A DNA stretch of 64,000 nucleotides from Oculina patagonica (taxonomy: Eukaryota). Location of the stretch: positions 9,300,001 to 9,364,000 of the forward strand of contig NC_135760.1 in NCBI RefSeq assembly GCF_052425735.1, given 5' to 3'. Position 1 is the stretch's first letter; each line of letters opens with the position of its first letter. The notes beneath the pieces are model-generated. The model had not been told where the DNA came from, ran no database searches, and was given only the letters and a program-made list of their open reading frames with translations. Of the stretch, positions 1 to 10,600 are shown one piece after another. The translations under genes and the position numbers were made by a program.

Positions 1-2842
1 TCAAGAAAACGTTTGAACTCAAAGGCATGTAACAATACGATGCGACTGAGCAAGGTCTAATGAAGGAAAAAAAAAACAAGTATGTCATTTGCAAAAATAC
101 AAACTTGTTGATTTCCTTAATGAATACCCAGACAACCATTCGGTCTTGTTGCGTTAGCTTGTAACGCTATCATCCGACAACGTTAACTGAAATAGCTGTA
201 CTGTCTCAGCTAGGGACCAAAACTGCTGGACTATATCACGGATTTTAACTGATTTTTGAGCCGCCAAAATTTATATTTATGTCGCAGGAAACCTAAAAAT
301 AATAGTTCATTTTTATTAAAAATTGCTATATTAGAGTACTGAAACTGTTAACGAGCATCTTTGGCTGCGGATGGCTCGGATGGAAGCGGATTGCAACTTG
401 AAAAAGTTAGGCAAACGTTTTCAAATTGTTTTCGCGCGTCTTGTAAATATCGATATTTATAGCCGTAGCTTGATTTCTATCCACAAATTAAGGTTATATA
501 TTTCTTTAGATGTTTAAAGATAATGTTTATTAAGGGTTAAGTTGCCTACCACTAATTTCAGAACAGTTTAGATCAAAAATTTGCGAAAGCCCCGTGACAT
601 AGTCCCTTTAATAACGATGTGCCCGTTTAAAGTGGGTTCCGTAAAGCAGGTTTCGACCGTATTTATACAATGTATGTATGGGGGCGGGGGGGGGAGCAAG
701 GGACAACGCTGGAAGGGAGGACGGACGGCGGGGAGACTGCGTCGCAGGGCCGCCCGGACAGAAGCGGGGCGGACGGCACGCCGGACGCCACGCCGCACAC
801 GTGCTGGACGTAACGACGGCCAAAAAGGAGTATGTCACCTATGTATGTATTATAATTTGTTTGGTTCTGTTTGTTATCTAATTTTTTTGTGGAGACGTCT
901 TCAAAAGGAACATCATTAGTTACGTATTTAAGTATATTGTTTATTCGTGCTGTGTTGCGATTCGTAGCAGTAATTAAATTAAAATCACTTCTTGGTGAAA
1001 TACTTTTCACTTGACTTTGAAGAAGGCGACGGCAAAGTTAAAGTCAAATTTTTTTACAGTAAGAATACTTTTATCTTGTCGATTGTGCTTGTCAATGAGT
1101 TCACACTTTTTTACTCACAATATCGAGGGAAACACTCAAGTTTTTTATTTATAGATGTTTTGTCCGCAGAAAAAGTAATTGTGTTCCTCAAATTTGTTTA
1201 CAATGCACCTTAACAAATTAAAACTGTAGTCACCAACAATTTAAGCCCATTAAGTAATTTATACCGAAGCACTCCATAGTTGATAATAATCAAGATAAAT
1301 TTCTTGAATTTGCTACTGAACATTCCAGTTACATGAAACACTGTATATATTTGGCATTATTTGTCATTATATTTAAATATCGCCGCCTTTTTAGTTAATT
1401 GCCTAATAATGATTATTTTATCTTTTGGCGACTGACTGTAAGCTTTTTAGATAAAGTTATGTTGATTCGATGAATTGTACCTTCTATACAGTTAATATAT
1501 TTTTGGATTCGTTACGTCAGTGGAAGTAAAAATTGTTTTATTGAGTTTTATTTGTCAATGTTTTATTGCCGTATTTTGAAATCTCGTTTACGATGTAACA
1601 TTCCGCTAAAAAATGACTACATCGTAAGACCGCCCCAGAAATTATTGCGTGAAATGTTGCAGACGAACATGTTATCACAAGGCCGTACCTAGCGGGGGGG
1701 GCGTACCTAGCGGGGTGGGGGGAGGGCAGTTGCCCCCGCCAGGAAAACTAAAAAACTAAGAAAACTAAAGAAAAAACTAAACTAAAAAACCCAGTTGCCC
1801 TGCCAGGGAAACCTGCCCCCGCAGACAAAAAATCCTAGGTATGGCCCTGTATCTGCGACATTGAGCGCAGTGTTGCCGCTCGCAGGGTAATCAATCATAT
1901 GTCTGCGGCTGGGGAATTGCTTTTTGAAAGCACATACTCTGTTTACTTACTAATGGCATTACAGTTTTCTCAGCTTTTCTTCTTGCTGAACAGCAAAACG
2001 AACAAAACAGCAACAACAACTGCAGCTTTCGCCTTATTGTCAGCTGTCGCCATTTAGCGTCAGGACGATACCGGGGGAGGCGCTACAAAAAGGTTTATAT
2101 GGGAGGTTCCTCCCCGACGTCCAAACCCTTACCCGTTTATACTTTGACAGAAAAGCTACCTCTTTCATATACTTTCCGTGGAAAATGGTGTCTCTTTCAA
2201 ATATCCATAGTAGTAATACCGTGCCTCTTTCCCAAACCTTCCATTTGAGTAATCCCTTATAATACTGAAAACAATCAGCCTTTAGGTGTGTCTGTTTGAG
2301 AGGTTTTGTAAGGCCCTTTCAGATACGACGGGGGTGAAAACGGGTTCGCTGATCGATGGATTTGGCCTTAAAACGCGCCGGGGTTGCGGAATTTTTGCGC
2401 TACATTGAGCGGATTCGTGGATTTCGAAATTACAGCGGATTGTGGATTAGCTGAGAATTTGGCGCGGATTACGGACTCTTAATTACAGTGTAATATATAA
2501 GAGCCAAAAATTAGCACGGATCGTCGGATTGGCGTACCTGGCCACCTCCCTCAAATACCCATAGGACGTTCCCCGCCCACCATTTCTATACTTGACTTGC
2601 GAAATCCCCCTTCTCTTCCATTTACCTCCAGCCCGCCGTAACAAAGGGTACCAATCTCGGGCGGAGCCTCCTCTGATCTTACAGCCCATTGTAGTCATTG
2701 TAGCAGGGTTCCTGACTTTAGGAAGTACCTCCAGTCCGGGGAAGTGGGGTCGAATTCGTCAGCAGCAAAAACTGCGGCGAGAGGAAGGAACTAGTGGAGG
2801 TGTTTTCATTATAAGTGACCAACGTCAGCTTTAGGGTTATTA

Positions 2843-2973
2843 CCGTCAACTCTCTCTAAAACGGACACCGTCGGGACCTGCTCCAACTGTCCGTTTTAGA
2901 GAGGTGTCCTTCCTATAGGGAGTATAGTTACGTTAAATGGGGGGGGGGGAGGAAAGAAAAAAAATTTTTTTTT

Positions 2974-3010
<37 letters not shown>

Positions 3011-3099
3011 TTAAATGACTGTAAGCGGTAGAGACGGGACCAACACCAGGTGTCTGTCTTATTGAGATATCAGTTAAGATCAAGAGAGAGAGTTGACTG
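2843..3099. mobile_element. TA-target MITE (Tc1/mariner-type); related copy ~60271-60460
   Basis: C.GTCAACTCTCTCT / AGAGAGAGTTGACTG ends; GGACACC repeats. Confidence 0.72.
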
Positions 3100-3101
3100 T
3101 A

Positions 3102-4056
3102 CAGTATGTTGCCCTTGGTCCGGACGAAAAAGACGCGAACGTGTATGCCTTAGCTTAGAAGAAGAGCAGTGAGCTGAGACTTGTCCTGTAAGTTACCGAA
3201 ACACAACAGCTTCTGTGCTTACTCGCCTACCCTGTAATATCAAAAACGGTGGTTCGGTTTGACGGCCCTTGGTCCGGACAGCGGGTCCTTGGTCCGGACA
3301 GCACGCAATATTTACGCAACAATTGTTCAAAATCCAATCTAAAGAAGTTTCTTGCACATTTTTTATATGTTTTATACAGTGAATATAAACTACAGCGCTT
3401 ATTAGCCTCGATAAGGGGTTTGAAGTTTGAATAAAGTAAAACTCATCCTTTTAGTTTTATATTGTTGTAAAATGAAGTTTATTAGTATGCCTTAGAACTC
3501 AAAGGTGTAACTCTTGCCAGAAAAGGTGTAACTCTTTCAAAGGTGTAACTCTTTCACGGTATCATTTAGCTTGCCACCTTCAGAAGTTTTTAAGTTATAT
3601 TTGGTTGCCGTCAGTGTCCGGGCCACGGACCTAGTCAGGAAAATTACTTAGAATTTTTTATTCGTTATTTTGGACGGAAACTTAAGCGGTCAGTCAAATT
3701 TTTGGCACTAGTAGAAAGAATATTTCCTATACATCGATTCTATCAAAAAAAATTACCTCCTTTACCGCGCTCAGTTTGGATATACAGGAATGAAAAGAAA
3801 ACCAGTAAATTTGAGGCGCCACGAACAACTAAACATCGCAAAAACAAACTTCACCTACCTTCAGGTCGCTTTGAAGTTTTCGACCTCACCGCCAGCAGGT
3901 AAGCCTTCGAGCGAGGTTAAGACAGCAAACAGATCAAGAAATCTTTGGAAATGTTCGGTTTTATTAAAAATTTGTTTTTTATCCGAAAATTACACGATGA
4001 ACCGAATGGCGAAAGTGTCCGGACCAAGAGCTGTCCGGATTTAGGGCCACATACTG
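3102..4056. mobile_element. TA-target non-autonomous DNA transposon
   Basis: TIR CAGTATGT.GCCCT..TCCGGAC / GTCCGGA..AGGGC.ACATACTG; TA on both sides; directly abuts the previous MITE. Confidence 0.75.
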
Positions 4057-5204
4057 TACGCCGAAAAAAATAAAATTACTTGTCAAAAAAAAGGAATTCG
4101 AAGAAATTTCTATAGCGCTATCAAAAATCGTAGAGTTAAACATACTTTGTATATAAACAAGCTTTTCTACGTGAATATCGATGAATACAAGATTAAGTGC
4201 GTCGAAAGAGTTGCCGCTGATATATTTTGTGAAAATTTGAAAATTTCCCTCCGAGTTGTAGCGTTACACGAGCCGGCCAACGGCGAGCCCGAGTCAACCG
4301 CGAGTCACGAGTCAACCTCGAGTCAACGCAAAAATGTTTTTTTTTTTTGGTAGGAAAATATATCTATGAATATATATTATAGGGAAAAATATTCTCCACT
4401 GCTAAATAAATCCACTGAAGGATAACAAAGGCATGACTTCCCTATACGGAGAATGTTTTTCAGAAGTTCGACTACTCGGCACGATCGATCGGCGGTGAAC
4501 AAGCAGCTTGTTCGATGCTCAAGTTTTAAAACGAAAATGAACCCTATTTATTTGATGAACTACATCATCAAAAACACGGTTTTTGAATAAAGCAAGAATA
4601 GCGGATTTGAATGAAGATGGCCTGTTTGGCAAAATACTGAAATATGTCTTGTTGGTAGCTGATAAGGTCGGTCATAAAATTGTACTTTTTTGTTATCTGT
4701 GAAAATTTGGGCTGAATTCCGTGCAAAACCTCGGAAGCAATGGATAAATCTTTGTTAAATAGAAAACTTTTAACAAAGACTTGTCTGCTGCATTCTTCCA
4801 TTTTAGCGATCTTTCCTTTTTGGGAAGAATATTTTCATTAAACGTTTTCCGATTTCGCGAGGTGAGCGATCGGCGATGCCCGAACGAGCTGCTGCAGATA
4901 GGCTCTTACCGATAGTGCTAGCATTTTTTTTTACATTTTATCCCAAAAAGCACTGCTAGCATTATTTTGGATTTTCGACTGATTATTTGTATAATTTTGT
5001 GTTAAAAATCACAATCTGACTTTATTTATGGCGTCCAAAGTCTCCCAGATGCATTTTGCCCACATTTTAGTCAAAGGAGCCAAGGAGGCCTGGGGAATAG
5101 GTTTAATAGGTCAGCGGTTGCCTTCTAGAAACCCTGTCCATCACAAGTCCATCACACTCGTTCCAAGATGGCGTCATCCACATAATCAGGGTCGAAACCA
5201 GGTA

Positions 5205-5560
5205 CCGTATTTATTCGATAAGCACCCTGGGCGCTTATTAAATTTTTGGACCTTGAGGGTGGGCGCTTATTCGAGGTGGGCGCATATTCGAGGTGGGCGC
5301 TTATTCGAGGCTGGGCGCTTATTAGATTTTCACCATTTTCAGCAAGTAGTAAGTTTATTTTGTAACGAAACAATAAATAATAACAAAACGTGAAGGTGTA
5401 CCAAAGCAGAATTTTAACTGTTCATTGAAAGTTTCTGTAAAATACGGGGAAGTTTCTTAGTAGTACTTAGTCAATTTTAACTCCTCTTCTACACTTCACT
5501 TTTTTGTGGGGTGGGGGTGGGCGCTTATTCGAGGTTAGGCGCTTAATCGAATAAATACGG
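5205..5560. mobile_element. TA-target MITE
   Basis: TIR CCGTATTTATTCGAT / ATCGAATAAATACGG; internal GGGCGCTTATTCGAGG repeats. Confidence 0.78.
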
Positions 5561-5814
5561 TATATGGGATCAGGGATCACAGCCTTGGGATCGGGATCAT
5601 GGACACATGATCCCAGGTCACAAGTCATGGGATCCGGATCGGCCAATCAAATGGGATCAGAAAGGAATCAGGGATCAAATGTTGCCACATTTTGGGGATC
5701 AGGAATCAAAATTTAGAAAAATCTAATATTCTATGTTTAAAAAAATCCGAAAAAAGTGACAAACAACTGCAAGCAAGGCTGATCATATAGACTCTTGGTT
5801 TTAGGCCATCGTAA

Positions 5815-6365
5815 CTTGATTAAAAATATAACACAAACAGCGGTGATAAACATTATGAAAAAATCGCATTTTTATAAACTTGACGTTTCGTATGCTAAGC
5901 TACATACATTTTCAAAAGTATGACCGTTAAAATTTTTGGCAACTATTTATATATTGTATGAAAGGGGTCTGGAACCGAGACTGTGACAATTGATCTACAG
6001 CAGTAACTTAATATTTACATTTTGGTTAATAAAGTAACAACCTCTCACTGCCGACATTGGCATTTAAAGAAGGTTGTAGTTCATTAATGTATAAGGTCAG
6101 TAAGGTTGGGAAAACAAAACGACGATTGCATGACAGAAAAACTGAACTCTTTAAGGCTCTCACTAAATGCGACCATCAATCAGCTATTGCTGATCACATA
6201 AAAACCACAGGCCATAACATCAAATGGGATCATTTTGAAATCCTCGCGTCAGGCAAAACTGAGCTCCACTGCAAGATTAAAGAGACCATACGAAACGTCA
6301 AGTTAATAAAAATGCGATTTTTCATAATGTTTATCACCGCTGTTTGTGTTATATTTTTAATCAAG
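5815..6365 (+). mobile_element. Penelope-like element remnant: GIY-YIG endonuclease fragment with inverted pseudo-LTR
   Basis: VGKTKRRLHDRKTE..SAIADHIKTTGHNIKWDHFEILASG..KIKET resembles the C-terminal half of PLE GIY-YIG. ~78-bp inverted repeat at 5815-5893 / 6286-6365. Confidence 0.85.
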
Positions 6366-6436
6366 GCTGATCATACTACGTGAAAATAGGCTTTGCGAGA
6401 CAACACCACGACTGGAACCGATACAGCAGGATTGCA

Positions 6437-6481
6437 ACCGCGGACAGCTGTTTCGTTCTTATTGGAACTCATCAGCGCGGT
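6437..6481 (-). ncRNA. Minimal type I hammerhead ribozyme
   Basis: Minus strand: accgcg CTGATGA gttc-caataa-gaac GAAA c-agct-g TC cgcggt. Intact core, stems I and II, palindromic stem III. Confidence 0.85.
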
Positions 6482-6948
6482 GTAGCGAATCTAAATGACG
6501 CCAGCCCAAAGGCCAACGCAAATAAATTGCCCACTGTATCAAGTTCCGTACTTTGAACTTACTTGTCCCCCGAATCACGCGCTGCCACATCACGTGTTTC
6601 GGGGGACAAGGAATTCAAAGTGTCACGATGGAGTCTCGCAAAGCAAAATAACTTAAATGTGGTAGGCACAGCCATTCCGAACATTTAAGCGCATGGACAA
6701 AACCATGCTAAATAAAAGCACAGCATATCGGATCTGAAAAGATCTACGGTCCAAAAATATGTAAAAGTAAGACTAAAACTGCAAGGGACCGCGAACGATA
6801 ATGCTGCTATTCGTAGGATCTACTGAGAGATCTGATCAGCAATAAAATGAAATAACAAACAACTGCAAGCAAGGCTGATCATACTACGTGAAAATAGGCT
6901 TTGCGAGACAACACCACGACTGGAACCGATACAGCATGCAGGATTGCA

Positions 6949-6993
6949 ACCGCGGACAGCTGTTTCGTTCTTATTGGAACTCATCAGCGCGGT
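6949..6993 (-). ncRNA. Minimal type I hammerhead ribozyme (identical second copy, 512 nt away)
   Basis: Same sequence as 6437-6481. Confidence 0.85.
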
Positions 6994-7330
6994 GTAGCAT
7001 GACGCCAGCCCAAAGGCCAACGCAAATAAATTTCCCACTGCAAATAAATTTACACTGTATCAAGTTCCGTACTTTGAACTTACTTGTCCCCCGAATCACG
7101 CGCTGCCACATCACGTGTTTCGGGGGACAAGGAATTCAAAGTGACATAACCCGTACACTGTATCAAGTTCCGTACTCAGTTTGAACTTACTTGTCCAATA
7201 ATAGTTGAAAACTGCGTAGCGTCTTTTATGCTAGAAATAATTGTTAATGTTCCAAAATGACGCTAAATGGTGGTATAAAACTGCTCCGACGTTTGGGCAA
7301 TACTGCCTTCTTCAGGGTGGCACGAAGAAG

Positions 7331-7374
7331 GCACCCTGAAGAAGGCAGTACTATGATTGCCGAAACGTCGGAGC
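7331..7374 (+). ncRNA. Penelope-type minimal hammerhead ribozyme within an inverted repeat (~7235-7422)
   Basis: gcacc CTGAAGA a-ggca..tgcc GAAA cGTC ggagc. The opposite-strand copy at ~7284-7320 has GAAA>CAAA. Confidence 0.7.
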
Positions 7375-7651
7375 AGTTTTATACCGCCATTTAGCGTCAT
7401 TTTGGAACATTAACGATTATTTCGAACTTACTTGTCCCCCGAATCACGCGCTGCCACATCACGTGTTTCGGGGGACAAGGAATTCAAAGTGTCACGATGG
7501 AGTCTCGCAAAGCAAAATAACTTAAATGTGGTAGGCACAGCCATTCCGAACATTTAAGCTTTGATTGATCATTGCTCACAACTTTGATTGATCATTGCTC
7601 ACAACACTCCTCTAAAATTGTCTACGAAGGAAGAGAGAGTTCACAAAAATT

Positions 7652-10600
7652 ATGTCGAAGCCCTCATCGAAACTCGCAGGGACAGCAGTTTTGACGATCG
7701 CTCTTCTGTCCTTACAAGGGGCTTTATGGTATTTCCGACCACAACCTGCCGGGAAAGTGCCTTTATTGTATCGCTACAGTGCTGTAAACAGTCATGGTGG
7801 TAATAGAAAGCTTTTGGCTGTGAACTTCAGCATGAATTCAGATCAAAAGTTGTCGTCTGGCAATATAAGGCATCTTGGAACAACAAATGATCAACAGCAT
7901 GTAAGTTGTACACTGCACATTTTCTGATGAAATAGAGAGGATATTGTAACTATACATATACTGTATGGTTGCAGTGATGAAATTGAAAATTTTTATACCT
8001 ATTGAACTTTACAATAAGCAAAACCGAGATTCGAGACTCCAAAATCGCAGTGAATTGAACGTACGATATTTTGAGCTGAGCAGAAAAGTCAATGAAAAAC
8101 GTTCCATTTTAGAATTTTCTGCACGAGCCAAATATTAATTATTAAAGGAGTGTAATTTTCTAATTTAGACATTACATACACTTGTATCTCGAATTTTTGC
8201 ATGACTAAGCAAAACTATCGAGGCTGTTGGTAAAACCCGTGACGGTCAAAAACCCGTGACGGTCAAATTTGGAAAAACACGTGACGGCTATGTCCGTGAT
8301 GGATCCGTGACATATCCGTGACGGATAGATTCTTACATATTATAGATACTTATAGATACAGGCTATAAGACTGAAATCCGTGACGACTGTTTAAGACTGT
8401 TATAGACTGATCAAAGGAGAGGAGAAATGAGTCAATTTCGTGAAATCCGTGACGACTTGTAGTGACTCTCCCTGTTTAAGACTGTTATAGATACTTATAG
8501 ACTGAGTCAATTTCGTGAAATCCGTGACGACTAGAAGTTCCGTGACGGTTTTAGTAGTGACTCTACCTGTTTAAGACTGTTATAGACTGATCAAAGGAGA
8601 GGAGAAATGAGTCAATTTCGTGAAATCCGTGACGATTAGAAGTTCCGTGACGGTTTTAGTAGTGACTCTACCTGTTTAAGACTGTTATAGACTGATCAAA
8701 GGAGAGAATAAATGAGTCAATTTCGTGAAGTCCGTGACGACTAGAAGTTCCGTGACGGTTTTAGTAGTGACTCTACCTGTTTAAGACTGTTATAGACTGA
8801 TCAAAGGAGAGGAGAAATGAGTCGATTTCGTGAAATCCGTGACGACTAGAAGTTCCGTGACGGTTTTAGTAGTTAACCGGTTTTAACCGGTTTTGACCGT
8901 CACGGATTTTGGCAGGCCGTGACGTATAGTGAGCTGCTTTCCGTGACGGCCGTCACAATCCGTGACGGCCTGCCAAATCCGTGACGGCTAAAACCGGTTA
9001 AAACCGGTTAACTCTCTTTAACTTTTCTCTATCTAATGACACAAGAATCATATCAGGCAATTTGTTATAGTAAATAGGGAAAAGACCACTCAACTTAATG
9101 GCGAGTGACCCTCCCTGTTTATTGCAAACAAGAAGCTGCCCGCCAGGAAAAACCCCCTCGTGGGAGGAAACCTGTCCCTTCCCGAATACAGCTTCAAGAA
9201 CTTTGAAGGAGAAAAGTTGAAGGTCAATGCAGAAGATCCTTGGATGCCTCCTCCTGACAGATCCTGGCAAAAGAAATAGGACAATTTGATGAGAATCACA
9301 GGTAGTGGTAGATTATAAGACAAAACCCCCATTACCACCCGGCCACATTGCCTCCGTTTTAATAGCCTGTTTTAATGGTAAGATGGAGGACTTGAACCCA
9401 GGACCCCCGGGTCACAAGACCAGACCATTTACCGCTCTACCACACTGCCTCGGTTTAGCCTGTTATAAGAGAGACATCAGTGGTAAGATGGAAAACTTGA
9501 ATCCGGGACCCCCGGATTACAAGACCAGATCACCATACCGCTAGGCCACATATCCTCCATCTAGCCAGTAACAAGTGAATCAGATAAGGTAAGGTTAAGG
9601 TATTGAATCCGGGACTCCCGGATTACAAGACCAGAAAGCTACGGTTGGCTATTTACAAAGGGTGACCGAGGAGTTGATTTCGGACTTCCGAAAAGCAAAT
9701 CCAGGTAGTGATAAGATGGAGGATTTGAACCCGGGATCTCCGGATCACAACCATTTATCGCTCGGCCACATTGCCTCCGTTTAGCCTGTTATGAGTGAAA
9801 CAGTAGTGGTAAGATGCAGGACTTGAATCCGGGACCCCCGGATTACAAGACCAGATCACTATACCGCTATCAGTGATGACAATTCTCGCTACTGGAAATG
9901 GAAAGAAAAATAATGTCCTGGATATCTTCCTCTGACATCTCCTGGAAAAAAAAGAAGGAAATTGGTGAGAACCATAGGTATCATGAGGCACACTAGTTGG
10001 CTATTCACAAAGGGTGGCCAAGGAATTAGACTCTCGTGCATCCTTTGCAGTATACAGGTGCATCTTCGTCTTCCGGTATGTCTTCCTTTGACATATCCTG
10101 GCATTCAGGATGAAACCAGACTCGACATCCCGTACACTGGAAATAGTAACCATTCTCAGGTCTCTTGCATGAACAAAAGACCTTAAGAGTGAAACGTTCT
10201 TTGATTCCTTTAGGATGATCAGACGTCCTATCTCTATGAGGGAACATAGTCAAAAATCCCTCTTCAAGACAATTAAAGAGGTGTTGTCTCATAGCTCCTT
10301 CATCATACGAAATTAATGTTGGGTCTTTTCCCAATGCCAGAGATAATGCGTTTGCTATTGCATGCAAACCACAAGTGTCGTCTTCGTTAGTTCCTTGGTG
10401 ATCTGCATCCATAATAAGCATGGTAATCTTGTCGTTTTTTAAAGGAGGCCGACCATAGCGAAGAAGATTGCATATGGATTCCTGAGTGTCAAAGCTGACG
10501 CTCGTATAAGCGGAGTCGTAAATTTTCACTTCTTTCCCTCGTTTACAGTCGAGGGTACTTAGCGTGAGCCAGTGTGAGCCGGTGCCTGCTATAGATGTTC

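Larger units (their letters stand above)
6363..7559 (-). repeat. ~512-bp tandem hammerhead-bearing repeat (retrozyme/pLTR-like), interrupted
   Basis: 6363-6622 matches 6872-7143; 6554-6689 matches 7424-7559; 5761-5785 matches ~6858-6883. Confidence 0.8.

Noticed and set aside
568-1010. Overlapping GC-rich ORFs
   Set aside because: Low complexity with no recognisable domain; they lie mostly within a probable MITE (~594-839).
2939-3008. Long G, A and T homopolymers
   Set aside because: Probably a poly(A) remnant or sequencing noise inside a MITE.
8998-9338. Possible captured coding fragment in the Ulp1 element
   Set aside because: No recognisable motif, and the plus-strand frames I read contain stops.
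9376-9870. Bona fide tRNA-Thr(UGU) genes
   Set aside because: Acceptor and D stems pair poorly, the units are diverged, and they adjoin SINE body sequence.
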